This document shows positions 7,978 to 18,881 of a DNA stretch of 64,000 bases, piece after piece; within the stretch, counting starts at the first letter, position 1, and the number at the start of each line of letters is the position of its first letter. The translations under genes were made by a program, and so were the position numbers. Origin of the DNA: Bacteroidota bacterium (lineage in GTDB: Bacteria > Bacteroidota > Bacteroidia > J057 > JADKCL01); assembly GCA_016718825.1 (NCBI GenBank), contig JADKCL010000026.1:7819-71818 (forward strand). Reading direction: 5' to 3'. Below the pieces are notes generated by a model that worked only from the letters and a program-made list of their open reading frames with translations, did no database searches and was not told the DNA's origin.

Positions 7978-8844
7978 ATGGGCCTGTTTTCCAATCTTTT
8001 CGGCAAAAAAGCCACATCTGAAACGCCGTCGACGGGACAAAAGCCCCAACATGGCCAAAGCGGAATCTCCTTGATGCTGTTGTTTGAAAAGGTGCCTTGC
8101 TTTGACAAGGAAGTTTTGGAGGCCGCTTTGCAATCGAGGTTTGGCCCTGTCTTGACATCGTCAGGTCTTGCATTCTCCGCTGATGGAGGTTTCGGCAAGC
8201 TCCAATTCGGAGAAGATGAAATGATGCTGGCGCAATTGAATATTCCAATGCCGGAGCAAGTCACTCGGCCGATTCTTTCGGTTTGCCATTTCGCGGAGGT
8301 TGAAAAGCAGCAGTTTTACCGTAGTCAGTGCCACTTTTTGCTGAGCTACAAAGGCACAGCTGCAACGCCGATCGATGCCATGGACCGGATTTACCAAGTC
8401 ATCTCGACCTTGATCCAATTGGATGGAAGTGCGATCGGTGTGGTAAATGAAAGCGCGATGACGGCGCATCCGATCCGCATGATGGCTGAAATCGAACGGG
8501 AGCGCAACCAACTCAAGGGTCCGGCGATGCCTGTGTTGACTTGGATGGCTTGGACAGGTGGCTGCGTGAAATATGTGCTGGATGCCAATCATATCTGGTT
8601 TGTCACCAAGGGGAACCATCAATTCGGCTTGCCGGAATTGGCCTATTTTGGCGGACCTTCAGAAGGAAACAGTACCATGGAGCTCTTCAATCCGCTGTTT
8701 TCCTACATGTATTTCTATCAGGCGAAATTGGCACCCGGCCACACGGCTGACCTCGGAAAGCACAAGTTGCGGTTCAGCGAATTGAAGGAATACAAGGACC
8801 TGATGGAAGGCAAATTGGGCACTTTGGTGGTCAACAAGCGGTAA
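7978..8844 (+). CDS. Hypothetical cytoplasmic protein (possibly DUF4261-like)
   Basis: ATG at 7978 ('MGLFSNLFGKK...'). The ORF-track extension back to 7690 overlaps the divergent lipoprotein gene. The family call is from memory only. Confidence 0.7.
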   Translation: MGLFSNLFGKKATSETPSTGQKPQHGQSGISLMLLFEKVPCFDKEVLEAALQSRFGPVLTSSGLAFSADGGFGKLQFGEDEMMLAQLNIPMPEQVTRPILSVCHFAEVEKQQFYRSQCHFLLSYKGTAATPIDAMDRIYQVISTLIQLDGSAIGVVNESAMTAHPIRMMAEIERERNQLKGPAMPVLTWMAWTGGCVKYVLDANHIWFVTKGNHQFGLPELAYFGGPSEGNSTMELFNPLFSYMYFYQAKLAPGHTADLGKHKLRFSELKEYKDLMEGKLGTLVVNKR

Positions 8845-9633
8845 TTATTTGCCAGCTTTGTTGCTTGGAAACGCCATGTTCCAAGCCAGAATAGATGCTG
8901 CGGTGGCGGCATTGAGGCTTTCGGCGTTGCCGATGCGCGGAATCGTCACGCGACGGAGGCCATCCATCGCAGCAATTTCGGAGGAAACACCCAAAGCTTC
9001 GTTTCCGAGCAACACGAAGGGCCGTTCAGCGAGATTTATTTGCTCCAAGGATTCACCTTCCATGTCTGCGCACCAAATCAGCTTTGCATTACGCCGAATC
9101 CATTCTTCCAGATTGCTCAAAAGGTAAAGACGCACACGAAAAAGCGATCCCATGGAACTGCGCAACACCTTGGGGTTGAACGGATCCACCGTGCCGGGAC
9201 CGCAAATCAGGCTTGGCATGCCAAACCAATCACTTGTGCGAAGGATCGTTCCCAGGTTACCAGGATCTTGAATTGCAGCCAAGACAAAGGCTGGACCTTG
9301 CGGCAATGTATCAACGGGGGCATCGAGATGGCATAACGGAGCTCCCGGAAACCGCAAAACAGTCAAAATGCCCTCCGGGCTGACCTGCGTGGTCAGTTTT
9401 TTGAAATCATCGGGGCTTGCTTCATGACAGAGGTTCAGAGGCAGGGCAAGATCATCGGGAATTTCGGTTCCTTTTTGAACCACAATCGCCTCGATCTGAT
9501 AGTCGGAGGCCATGGCCTCCCTGCACATCTTCAGCCCTTCGGCGACAAACAACCCCTCCTCATACCGGATTTTTTTGAGCTGTAGGCCCGTAAAAAGTCG
9601 TAATTTCGCCTTGGAAAGTGCCTGCATCGCCAT
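8845..9633 (-). CDS. TrmH/SpoU-family RNA 2'-O-methyltransferase
   Basis: SpoU motifs 'FVLLGNEALGVS' and 'IPRIGNAESLNAATAASILAW'. The likely start is 'MAMQALSKAKL' at 9633. The stop abuts the stop of the convergent gene (8842-8847). Confidence 0.85.
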   Translation of the reverse strand: MAMQALSKAKLRLFTGLQLKKIRYEEGLFVAEGLKMCREAMASDYQIEAIVVQKGTEIPDDLALPLNLCHEASPDDFKKLTTQVSPEGILTVLRFPGAPLCHLDAPVDTLPQGPAFVLAAIQDPGNLGTILRTSDWFGMPSLICGPGTVDPFNPKVLRSSMGSLFRVRLYLLSNLEEWIRRNAKLIWCADMEGESLEQINLAERPFVLLGNEALGVSSEIAAMDGLRRVTIPRIGNAESLNAATAASILAWNMAFPSNKAGK

Positions 9634-9726
9634 TTGAAAGCCGCAAGTTACATAAAGATTTTCAACAGCACGCAGGCCTTTGGCAGGTGGGTGGCCGCTT
9701 GCAAATGGCAAGGAAGACTCTGGGGG

Positions 9727-12300
9727 ATGCTTTGCATTACTCTTTTTTGGAGTTCCTGCGCCACAAATCTCTACCTTGAAAAGGGGCAATGGCTGCTCAA
9801 AGGCGAACCAACCTTTTCCAAAGCCGACGTCATTTTACCCGATTCTGCGTCCAATGACTCGATTTTTACCCTCAAGGAGCGAATTGAAAACCTGAAGGAA
9901 ATCGGATTGAGCACAGTCGATCCCGATCTGCTGTACAATTCGGTAAAGACGCATCCCAACCGTAGAATGCTCATTCCCAAGACCTATTTGCACATTTACA
10001 ACCTTGGACGCACCCTTCAGCGCTATGAATATCCGCCGGAGCGGTGGCTGCGGTTTTTCAGGCCCAACAATCATATCGTCGACTCATTGGCAAGCTTTTT
10101 GGTGAATACCGCAGGTGAACCGCCCGTGATCATTGACAGCATGCAATTGCTGAACGATGTCGAAAACCTCAAGACGGTTTATTTTTCCCAAGGATTTTTC
10201 CATGCACGCGTCGACACGCGCGTCGATACCTGTACCTCCGGCCTCAACCGCGGGAAGGCCAATGTCACGTTCCTCATCACGGAAGGCAAGGCAGCGATCA
10301 TTGACAAGATTCGCACCCCCTCGATCGTCGACGAAGAAATGCGGAAGGTGCTCCTGCGCAACATGGATGACTCCTATCTGCATACCGGCGATTGCTATAT
10401 CGAAGACAACTTCTCCGCCGAACGCAGCCGAATAGCAACCTTGTTACGCAACAACGGCTACTATACATTTTCCCCAAAAATGGTATCGTTTGACATTGAC
10501 ACCTTGCCGCCGGACACGATGGGGACGCTGCCCAACAACGAGGCCATCAAGGAATATCAGCCGGTTTGGGTGCAGGTGAAGATCGCGGACACCATTCCTC
10601 CCTACAAAATCGGCAACATTTCGATGATCATTGAGCCGGCAAAGGTGGACCCGTCGGTGGATCAAATGATGCAGGTGGTGATGCCAGGTTTTATTACCGA
10701 TTCGCTCCGCCAAGCATGGCACCTTACCCGGCATCAATACGGCGACAGCGCCTTGGTCACCTTTATCACGTACGAGCGCGTGCTCGAACGCCTGAATTTG
10801 AGTTTCCTCGAGAAGCTCATCACGCTTTCCAAAGGCGACGTTTACACCTTGGCCAATGAGCGCAAAACGCAAATGCGATTGCAAAACCTTGGTATCTTTA
10901 AGTATGTGCTGATCAAACCCACCGTGAATCCCGAAGACACGACCGTGGACTTCTCGATTCAGACCGTTTTGATGCAGCGATTTCAAGCCAAAGCTGGATT
11001 CGAAGCCTTTTTTCAGACAGACCCGATCCTGAAAGCAAACCTTCCGGGCATTGGTGCGGAGGTAGGTTTTCGCGACAAATTGGTCTTCAAAGGCGCCGAA
11101 AAGCTGGACCTGAGTATGAAGGGTGATGTGCGTTTCTACCGAAGTGAGGTCAGCGATACCGTGAATGACATTATTTCCACCAAGGATACCCTCGTCACCT
11201 TTCTGCAGGGTAGCCTCTCCGCAAGCCTTCAATTTCCGCGGATTCTAGCTCCGGGCCTCGCAAGGAAAAATCTCCAAGGTTTTGAACCAAGTACCTCCTT
11301 CATCGTCACCGGTAGTCGCCAACAGAGCATTGACTATGCGCGGAATGCACTTTCGCTGGACTGGAACTACCGTTGGTACCATAGCTCGGTGAACAAAAAA
11401 GCACAGAGCTCATTTTCACCTTATGTCATTACCTTCATTCAGAGCCACTTGGAACCCAGGATCATTGATGAGATCCGGAAAATCGAAAACAATCAGTTGA
11501 GGTCCATCATTATCCAAGATTTTCAACCACGGTTCAGTTCATGGGGCAACTACCGTTTTACCTACAACAACGGGATCGTCAACAAAAACACGCATAGTTT
11601 GAGTTTTGTCGGCAATTTCCAAGTCGGCGGTAATACTCCTTTTCTATTGGACCGGATTACCAATATCGATGACAGTTGGAAGGATCACCGACTGAGCTAC
11701 ATCTTTTATGGACAATACTTGAAATTGTCGGCTGAAGTCAAAAACCATTGGCCGATTCAGCGTCACTTTTCTTTTGTGATGCGCAACTACATGGGCATAG
11801 CAGATCCCTGGAATTATACCCGTTTTGTTCCCTTCGAATCGCGCTTTTTCTCCGGAGGCACGAATTCGATGCGGGGATGGCAAAGCAACACCCTTGGTCC
11901 AGGGGTGTTTTCAGACAGCACCAATGGAGAAGGCAGGTCCGGGCAAGGTTTTTTGCTATCGCCGGGCGGGGAATTTGTCTTTGAAACGAATCTTGAGTTC
12001 CGTGCAGATGTGTACAAATGGATCAAATTGGCTATTTTTTCAGACATCGGAAACGTCTGGTTTCTGCCCGGTTCGGCAGTCGATTTTGAGGGTGGACAGC
12101 TGTCCAAAGAGACTGTATTGCAACTGGGAATCGATGCTGGGATAGGAATCAGGCTTGACTTTGATTTCTTCCTTTTCCGGATTGATTTTGCAAAGCAGGT
12201 TTATGCACCCGATGTGCAACGGTTTGTGATTAAGTCACTCAAGGACAATTTGGGGGGCAACCGTTTTCAGCTTAATTTCGGCATCGGATACCCCTTCTAG
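9727..12300 (+). CDS. Omp85 (BamA/TamA-family) outer-membrane protein
   Basis: About 850 aa, with POTRA-like N-terminal repeats. C-terminal barrel with 'FFSGGTNSMRGW' and terminal 'NFGIGYPF'. The start was chosen at 'MLCITLFWSSC' (9727); the ORF is open from 9634. Confidence 0.8.
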   Translation: MLCITLFWSSCATNLYLEKGQWLLKGEPTFSKADVILPDSASNDSIFTLKERIENLKEIGLSTVDPDLLYNSVKTHPNRRMLIPKTYLHIYNLGRTLQRYEYPPERWLRFFRPNNHIVDSLASFLVNTAGEPPVIIDSMQLLNDVENLKTVYFSQGFFHARVDTRVDTCTSGLNRGKANVTFLITEGKAAIIDKIRTPSIVDEEMRKVLLRNMDDSYLHTGDCYIEDNFSAERSRIATLLRNNGYYTFSPKMVSFDIDTLPPDTMGTLPNNEAIKEYQPVWVQVKIADTIPPYKIGNISMIIEPAKVDPSVDQMMQVVMPGFITDSLRQAWHLTRHQYGDSALVTFITYERVLERLNLSFLEKLITLSKGDVYTLANERKTQMRLQNLGIFKYVLIKPTVNPEDTTVDFSIQTVLMQRFQAKAGFEAFFQTDPILKANLPGIGAEVGFRDKLVFKGAEKLDLSMKGDVRFYRSEVSDTVNDIISTKDTLVTFLQGSLSASLQFPRILAPGLARKNLQGFEPSTSFIVTGSRQQSIDYARNALSLDWNYRWYHSSVNKKAQSSFSPYVITFIQSHLEPRIIDEIRKIENNQLRSIIIQDFQPRFSSWGNYRFTYNNGIVNKNTHSLSFVGNFQVGGNTPFLLDRITNIDDSWKDHRLSYIFYGQYLKLSAEVKNHWPIQRHFSFVMRNYMGIADPWNYTRFVPFESRFFSGGTNSMRGWQSNTLGPGVFSDSTNGEGRSGQGFLLSPGGEFVFETNLEFRADVYKWIKLAIFSDIGNVWFLPGSAVDFEGGQLSKETVLQLGIDAGIGIRLDFDFFLFRIDFAKQVYAPDVQRFVIKSLKDNLGGNRFQLNFGIGYPF

Positions 12301-12305
12301 CGCAC

Positions 12306-13316
12306 ATGGAGTTTGAAAAGCTGAAAAAGGACATTGAAGCGCACAAGTTTGCCCCCATTTATTATTTGGGCGGCACGGAACCGTATTACATCGACAAACT
12401 CTCCAAGTTGCTGGAAGACAAGGTTTTGAATCCAGGCGAGGAGTCTTTCAACAAGTCAGTGATGTACGGAGCCGATACCAAAGGGCCGCGCTTGTTGGGA
12501 GAGTTGCGCAGCTTTCCGATGATGGCCAACCGGAGGTTGGTGGTCTTGAAGGAAGCGCAGTCGCTCGGAAAAGGCGAATGGGACATCCTGCAAGCCTATT
12601 TTGACAAGCCGGTAGACAGCACGGTGTTTGTGATGACGTTTAAGGGGAAGGACCTTGATCAGCGCACCAAGCTGTACAAAAGCATCGAGAAAAATGGCGT
12701 TGTGTTCAAAAGCAAAGCCCTCTACGACAATCAGATTCCAGCTTGGATCATGGACTATTGTACCCGCAAGGGCTACCAATTGGCTCCGGAAGCGCAGCGG
12801 ATCTTGGCAACCTATCTCGGCACCAACCTCGCTTTGATTGAAAGCGAATTGGAGAAAATTTTCCTCTATATGGCCAACGATCCGAGCAAACGGATCACCG
12901 CCGAGATTGTATTTGAAATGATCAATGTCGACAAAGACTTCAATGTCTTTGAGTTGATGAACAGTATGGGAGCGAGGGATCATGGCAAAAGCCACTGGAT
13001 CGTCAATCACATGATGAGAAATGTGAAAGAGAATCCGCCGGTACTGATTGTCTATCAGTTGTTTCAGTTTTTCTCTAAGCTGCTCCGTTGTCAATCGCGC
13101 AAGCTCACAAAGGATGCAGATATCGCTGCGGAACTGAAAATCCATCCATTTGTTGCAAAGCAATACGTCGATGCTGTGCGGAACTATAACCGCAATGACC
13201 TCTACAGGAATCTGACCTACATTTTGGAGGCAGATCTTTTCCTGAAGGGTGTCCAATCGACGCACATGAGCGACGAGCACGTGATGAAGACACTGGTCTA
13301 TAAATTATTGAATTGA
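12306..13316 (+). CDS. holA: DNA polymerase III subunit delta
   Basis: 'FAPIYYLGGTEPYYIDKL...FNKSVMYGADT...PMMANRRLVVLKEAQ' matches the HolA N-terminal domain pattern. 336 aa. Confidence 0.85.
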   Translation: MEFEKLKKDIEAHKFAPIYYLGGTEPYYIDKLSKLLEDKVLNPGEESFNKSVMYGADTKGPRLLGELRSFPMMANRRLVVLKEAQSLGKGEWDILQAYFDKPVDSTVFVMTFKGKDLDQRTKLYKSIEKNGVVFKSKALYDNQIPAWIMDYCTRKGYQLAPEAQRILATYLGTNLALIESELEKIFLYMANDPSKRITAEIVFEMINVDKDFNVFELMNSMGARDHGKSHWIVNHMMRNVKENPPVLIVYQLFQFFSKLLRCQSRKLTKDADIAAELKIHPFVAKQYVDAVRNYNRNDLYRNLTYILEADLFLKGVQSTHMSDEHVMKTLVYKLLN

Positions 13317-13383
13317 TCAACAGGGATATAGGAAGCGTTTTACCAAAAATTTAGAAGCGTTGAAAATTGAAAATCGGGTAGGC

Positions 13384-15756
13384 ATGAAATCAGGCAGGGC
13401 GCTATTCCTTCTTTTGCTAGCTATCATTTGCATTGGTGCAGGAACCCTCAAGGCCCAAAAAGGCATTGTTCAGGGAACCATTCTTGACAACAAAGGCGAG
13501 CCGGTGATCGGTGCCAATGTGGTCATTCCTTCTCTGGGAACGGGTGCAAGCACCAATCTCTACGGAGGATTTGTGATTCCAAGCATTCCCGATGGCAAAC
13601 ACCAGCTCAGAATCACTTATATCGGCATGGACACCGTGTTTTATGACGCCGAAGTTGTGAGCGGGGGCAAGGTCAATGTGAAGTTGAAGATGCAAGAGTC
13701 CTCCACGCAGCTCGCGACGGTCGAAATCATGGATCAGAAGTTCGGGAAGATTCAGAAGCGTGAGATCGAAGCCGGCGTGACGCGGATTACCTCGCGGCAG
13801 ATCAACATGATGCCCTCCTTGGGAAGTCCCGACTTGGCGCAGTACATGCAAGTATTGCCGGGTGTGGTGTTCACGGGAGATCAAGGTGGTCAGCTTTACA
13901 TTCGTGGGGGCACCCCGATCATGAACATGACCCTGCTCGACGGAATGGTGGTTTATTCGCCATTTCACAATTTGGGCTTGTTTTCCATTTTTGACACGGA
14001 CTACATCAAGTCGGTGGATGTTTATTCGGCAGCATTTCCAGCGCAGTATGGTGGTCGCGTTTCATCCGTGATGGACATTCGCACCAAGGCGCCTGAATTG
14101 GAAGGCATCCGCGGAAAAGTCAACATCAATCCGATTACGACCGGGATCATGCTCGAAGGTCCGATCTACAAGAAATCGCCGGAGTCCTTGGGCGGAAGTT
14201 CATTTTTGCTTTCGGCAAGGCATGCCTATCTGGACAAAAGCAGTCCTGTCCTTTATCCCTACGTCAAAAATGAGTTGAGCGACAGTGTCAAAGGGCTTCC
14301 CTACGGATTCAATGACCTTTATGGCAAGCTTTCCGTCACCGACGGATTGAATACTTTTGATGTCTTCGGCTTTTACGATACCGATGATGTCAAATATGAA
14401 TTCCCTGCCAACATCGGCTGGGATCAGTGGGGGATAGGGACCAAACTCAAGCTCACACCGCCACAAAGCAACGTGATCTTCGGTCTGAACTTCGCCTACT
14501 CCGACTTCAAATCGTCGCTCAATTCGGTCACAGAGACCTTCCCGCGCAAGAGTGCCATCAACGGCTTCAACTTCGGATTTCGCACCAACTACCTGGTCAA
14601 CGCCACCGACGAATTTGTTGCCGGTTTGACCTTGCTTGGCTTCCATACCGACTACACGTTCACCAACTCCTTTGGCCTGACCACCGCAACGGTGTATGAC
14701 AATACCGAAATCGCGGCTGACTTTGCTTACAAAAAGGTGTTTCGCAAGATTTACCATGGTCGCAACGACTCCATCAAGGATCTCGTCGTCTTTGAGCCGG
14801 GCATCCACTTGCATTATTACAACGACCACGCGTTCATTTCGCCTGAGCCACGTTTGCGTATGAAGTTCAACTTCAATCGCTTCAGCATTACCGCGGCTAC
14901 AGGTATGTATTCGCAGAATCTCGTGGCTGCAAGCAGCGACCGCGATGTCGTCAACATCTTCAATGGCTACCTCGCAGCACCTGAAAACGTGCCCAATGCC
15001 ATCAAGGATCATACTTTGCAGACGGCATCCCACCTTTTGCTCGGCGCCGAAATTGAGCTTTTGCCCAATCTGAGCACAAGAATCGAAGGTTGGTACAAAG
15101 ATTTTACACAGCTGACCAACATCAACCGGGACAAGATCTTTCCGAGCGAACCCAACTTCGTTTATGAACGTGGCAAAGCCAAGGGCCTTGATTTGATCTT
15201 GCGCTACGAGTCCCGCAAAATCTATGGTTATGCCACCTACGGCTTGTCCAAGGTGACACGTGACGATGGAATCCGGGTATATGCGCCGGTTTTTGACCGC
15301 CGACACAATGCAAACCTCGTATTCGCCTATTTCACGGGAGAGCTTTACAAGGAAGATGCCTTGATGAACGAAAGGCCCAAATTCACAGAGAAGAAATGGG
15401 ATTTCAGCATGCGTTGGGCGATGGGATCTGGATTTCCCTTCACGCAGACACAAGGATTTTTTGAAAAAATCGATTTCCTTGACAACGGTGCGCAAACCAA
15501 CTACGCCAACCAAAACGGCACGTTGGGGATTCTTTATGCCGACAGCATCAACTCAGGTCGTTTGCCTTATTACCACCGTTTGGACGTGTCTGCCAAACGC
15601 CGCTGGCAATTTGGAAATAAAGTCTTGTTGGAGGCAAACCTTACACTGATCAACCTTTACAACCGCAAAAACGTATTCTACTTTGATCGCGTAAAATTTG
15701 CGGTAATACATCAGCTTCCAATTATACCCAGTTTAGGTCTTACGTTAAAGTTTTGA
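13384..15756 (+). CDS. TonB-dependent receptor-like outer-membrane protein (CarboxypepD_reg + plug + barrel)
   Basis: Signal peptide, then 'GIVQGTILDNKGEPVIGANVVI' (carboxypeptidase-regulatory-like) and plug 'PDLAQYMQVLPGVVFTGDQGGQLYIRGG'. Terminal 'LGLTLKF'. Confidence 0.85.
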   Translation: MKSGRALFLLLLAIICIGAGTLKAQKGIVQGTILDNKGEPVIGANVVIPSLGTGASTNLYGGFVIPSIPDGKHQLRITYIGMDTVFYDAEVVSGGKVNVKLKMQESSTQLATVEIMDQKFGKIQKREIEAGVTRITSRQINMMPSLGSPDLAQYMQVLPGVVFTGDQGGQLYIRGGTPIMNMTLLDGMVVYSPFHNLGLFSIFDTDYIKSVDVYSAAFPAQYGGRVSSVMDIRTKAPELEGIRGKVNINPITTGIMLEGPIYKKSPESLGGSSFLLSARHAYLDKSSPVLYPYVKNELSDSVKGLPYGFNDLYGKLSVTDGLNTFDVFGFYDTDDVKYEFPANIGWDQWGIGTKLKLTPPQSNVIFGLNFAYSDFKSSLNSVTETFPRKSAINGFNFGFRTNYLVNATDEFVAGLTLLGFHTDYTFTNSFGLTTATVYDNTEIAADFAYKKVFRKIYHGRNDSIKDLVVFEPGIHLHYYNDHAFISPEPRLRMKFNFNRFSITAATGMYSQNLVAASSDRDVVNIFNGYLAAPENVPNAIKDHTLQTASHLLLGAEIELLPNLSTRIEGWYKDFTQLTNINRDKIFPSEPNFVYERGKAKGLDLILRYESRKIYGYATYGLSKVTRDDGIRVYAPVFDRRHNANLVFAYFTGELYKEDALMNERPKFTEKKWDFSMRWAMGSGFPFTQTQGFFEKIDFLDNGAQTNYANQNGTLGILYADSINSGRLPYYHRLDVSAKRRWQFGNKVLLEANLTLINLYNRKNVFYFDRVKFAVIHQLPIIPSLGLTLKF

Positions 15757-15758
15757 GT

Positions 15759-18700
15759 ATGAAGAGATTCGTAGGAATTTTCATATTCCTCATGGGTTTG
15801 AGCTTGTCCGGAAGGGCACAGCAACCCGCCTACCACGAGACGCTGGGAATCTATAAAGAGGCGACTGAACTGCTCGACAAAGCCAAATTTGGCGCCGCAG
15901 CAGAGAAGTTTGGGGAATTCATCAAACGCAGCAGCAATACCAGCTATGCACATGACAAGGGTGATTTGGTCGCCGAAGCGCGTTACATGCAGGCACTTTG
16001 TGCATTCAACTTGTTGAATGCCAATTGTTCCGGCCTGTTTGAGGCGTTTGTCTCCCAATATCCCAACCATCCGCGTGTGAATGAGGCTTATTTCCATGTC
16101 GGGAAAATGCACTACATGCGCAAGGAGTACAAGGAAAGTATCCCGCCGTTTGAAAAGGTGGAATCCGGCAATCTCACAAAGGCGCAAGTCACCGAAACGC
16201 GTTTTATGCTTGGATATGCCTATTTCAAGGATGGCCGTGACAAGGAAGCGATGGATAAATTCCGTCAAATTCGGCTCGCAGAAGGCGTTTGGGGCGAAAT
16301 GGGAGCTTACTTCTTTGCAGTCTTGGCGTACAGAGACGGACGCTACGAGGAAGCCTACGATGCATTTTCGCGTGTCAAGCCAGAGTCGAAATTCGCGGAG
16401 AATCTAGACGTGCTCAAGGCGAGCTGCTTGCTCAAGTTGCAGCGCTACGATGAATTGGACGCCTTGGGCGAAAAATTGCTCGCAGCAGATAGCAAAGCAT
16501 CCGGGGAGGTATTTTTCATTCTCGGAAATGCCGCTTATGACCGCAGCAAATTCAGCGATTGCATCACCTACTTTGAAAAGGCGATGGAAAAGCGGGTCGA
16601 AATGAACCGTCAAGCGCAGTATCGCTTGGCCTACTGCTATTACCGTCGCGGAGATTTCCCCAAAGCTCAGGCCCAATTTGAGAAAGTGACCCACGAGGAG
16701 GACACGATTTCGCAGAGTGCCTTCTACTATCTTGGCCATTGTTTCATCAAAAACAACAAGATTGAAAATGCCCGCACGGCATTCAAAAAGGCCTCATCGC
16801 AGAAGTTTGACAAGGAAATCGCAGGCGAAGCACTTTTTCAATATGCAAAGGCGAGTTTCGAAACGCACTTCTTTGACGATGCGCAATCTGCCTTGCAGAC
16901 CTTTCTCAAGGATTACCCCAACTCTGAATATGCGGATGATGCCAAGGCCTTGATCGGGGAAATCCTGCTTTTTGCCAGCAACTACAAGGACGCGATCGAC
17001 TACCTGGAAAACAACAATGGCCTCGGAAATGCCCGCTCGCGTACCGCCTATCAGCGTGCCTGCTATCTCTACGGCAGTTCCATGTTTGAAAAGCACAAAT
17101 ACGATGTAGCCGCGACCCACTTCAAGAAGGCTTACAATCAGAATCAAGACAGCAAAATCACGCAATTGGCCTACTATTGGTACGGCGAAAGTCTGTTCCG
17201 GCAGAACGGTTTTGAGGAATCGATTGGCGCTTTCAAAACCTTCTTGGCACAGCCTTCGGCTTCGCGCCATGAGCTTTTTGGAATGGCCAACTACGGCATC
17301 GGATGGTGCAAATTCAAGCAGAAGAACTTTGAAGAAGCCGGTCAATACTTTGAGAAATTCATCGGCTTGGCCGACCGCGACAAAAATCGTGAGGAATATG
17401 TTGACGCACTTCTAAGAGCGGGAGACTGCGAATTTGCCCGCAAAGGGTTTGATGGCGCGCTGCGTTACTATCAGCAAGTTCGTGACTTCAACGGCAAATA
17501 TGTGGACTATGCCATGTTCCAAATCGGATTGGTGCACCTGCGCAAGGCAGAGTACCAAAAGGCAGCCGAAACAATGGTGCAGCTTGCCGTCAAGCAACAG
17601 AAATCGGTTTACCGTGAGCAGGCCTTGGCCATTGCTGCGCAGACCTATCTCTCCTGGATGGAGGATGCACCCAACGGCTTGAAATATGCCCAAATGCTCG
17701 TCAAGGATCATCCCGACAGCAAATACATGCCGACGGCCTTGATCGTGAGTGCCATCGCGGAAGGCAAATCCGGCAATACTCAAAAGGCCATTTATTGGTT
17801 CAAGCTCGCTGCGTATGAGCATTGCTACAATGAGGGCGCCCGGACGACAGCCTTGACCAACTTGGCGGAGCTGTTGCCGGCCAATGAATACGACGACATT
17901 GAGCGCCAATCCCAAGAGAAATGCCCGATCCAAAACAATGATCCGGCAAATGAAAAGACCGAGGAGCTCAAAATCGAAATTGCCGATCAGCGCTTTTTCG
18001 ATGAAAACTATGGATCCGCCAATGACCGCTACACGCAGCATCTCAAGGAGTTCCCCAATGGCAAGTACGTGTTCCATTCCCACTTCTTCCGCGGACAATC
18101 CCTGGAAAAGCTGGGCCGCAAGGACGATGCATTGACCGACTACGAATTCATTTACAAGGCCACGACGCCCAATGAATTCACCGTGAAAGCACTCAAAGCT
18201 GCTGCGGACATTCAGTTTGCAAAAGGCAACAAATTGGCTGCCACTGAGCTGTACACCGCGATGCAAGACAAAAGCAACCGCTACGAAGACCGCATGGCTG
18301 CACAGTTTGGCAAAGCGGAAGTTGCATTCTCCAATGAGGACTATCCGACGGCCCGCATCGATTACCTTGCTGTCTTCAGCGATCCCAATACCACGGATTA
18401 TTCTCGAACGAAAGCCCGCGTCAAGATTGCTGCCTGCGATTATTTCCTTGGACAAAAGGATCAAGCCTACACCGAATTTGTCGCGGTTCAAGCTGCCAAC
18501 ACGAATACCTTCGGGGCAGAAAGTCAGTACTACATCGCGCGTATTCTCTTTGACAGGAAAGAATATGCCGAATCCCAGAAGAATGTCGCAGTCTTCAACG
18601 AAAAGTATTCGACCTACAACTACTGGAAAGCGCGCGCATTTTTAGTGTTGGCCGAGGATTATCTCGCATTGCAGGATACCTTTCAGGCAGACGGAATTCT

Positions 18701-18881
18701 GGACAATCTCGTTGCTGGATTGATGGCTAAAAATGAATATCCGGAGATCAAAGAGCAAGCCCAGAAGCGCTTGGACGAGATTCGGGCACTCAACAATGGC
18801 AACCTCCGCCAAGGCGGTGAACCTGAAAATGAAGAATTGAAGGGTGATGTGGAAGACATGATCGAGGAGGAGAACAAGTAA
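15759..18881 (+). CDS. Large secreted tetratricopeptide-repeat protein (~1,040 aa)
   Basis: Signal peptide 'MKRFVGIFIFLMGLSLSGRAQ'. Many TPR-like 34-aa units (A..Y.LG.CY....Y..A...F). The ATG lies 2 nt after the TBDR stop. Confidence 0.85.
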   Translation: MKRFVGIFIFLMGLSLSGRAQQPAYHETLGIYKEATELLDKAKFGAAAEKFGEFIKRSSNTSYAHDKGDLVAEARYMQALCAFNLLNANCSGLFEAFVSQYPNHPRVNEAYFHVGKMHYMRKEYKESIPPFEKVESGNLTKAQVTETRFMLGYAYFKDGRDKEAMDKFRQIRLAEGVWGEMGAYFFAVLAYRDGRYEEAYDAFSRVKPESKFAENLDVLKASCLLKLQRYDELDALGEKLLAADSKASGEVFFILGNAAYDRSKFSDCITYFEKAMEKRVEMNRQAQYRLAYCYYRRGDFPKAQAQFEKVTHEEDTISQSAFYYLGHCFIKNNKIENARTAFKKASSQKFDKEIAGEALFQYAKASFETHFFDDAQSALQTFLKDYPNSEYADDAKALIGEILLFASNYKDAIDYLENNNGLGNARSRTAYQRACYLYGSSMFEKHKYDVAATHFKKAYNQNQDSKITQLAYYWYGESLFRQNGFEESIGAFKTFLAQPSASRHELFGMANYGIGWCKFKQKNFEEAGQYFEKFIGLADRDKNREEYVDALLRAGDCEFARKGFDGALRYYQQVRDFNGKYVDYAMFQIGLVHLRKAEYQKAAETMVQLAVKQQKSVYREQALAIAAQTYLSWMEDAPNGLKYAQMLVKDHPDSKYMPTALIVSAIAEGKSGNTQKAIYWFKLAAYEHCYNEGARTTALTNLAELLPANEYDDIERQSQEKCPIQNNDPANEKTEELKIEIADQRFFDENYGSANDRYTQHLKEFPNGKYVFHSHFFRGQSLEKLGRKDDALTDYEFIYKATTPNEFTVKALKAAADIQFAKGNKLAATELYTAMQDKSNRYEDRMAAQFGKAEVAFSNEDYPTARIDYLAVFSDPNTTDYSRTKARVKIAACDYFLGQKDQAYTEFVAVQAANTNTFGAESQYYIARILFDRKEYAESQKNVAVFNEKYSTYNYWKARAFLVLAEDYLALQDTFQADGILDNLVAGLMAKNEYPEIKEQAQKRLDEIRALNNGNLRQGGEPENEELKGDVEDMIEEENK

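Noticed and set aside
13384-15756. A polysaccharide-utilisation locus (SusC/SusD pair) at the TonB-dependent receptor.
   Set aside because: The downstream gene is a 1,040-aa TPR protein, not a SusD-like lipoprotein. No glycoside hydrolases or hybrid two-component regulators are adjacent.
10444-18491. Other long antisense ORFs (10444-11232, 14200-15513 and 17412-18491, minus strand) opposite the Omp85, TBDR and TPR genes.
   Set aside because: The same codon-aligned mirror-frame effect applies (offsets to the sense ORF starts are divisible by 3). The sense genes have clear family motifs and the antisense products have none.
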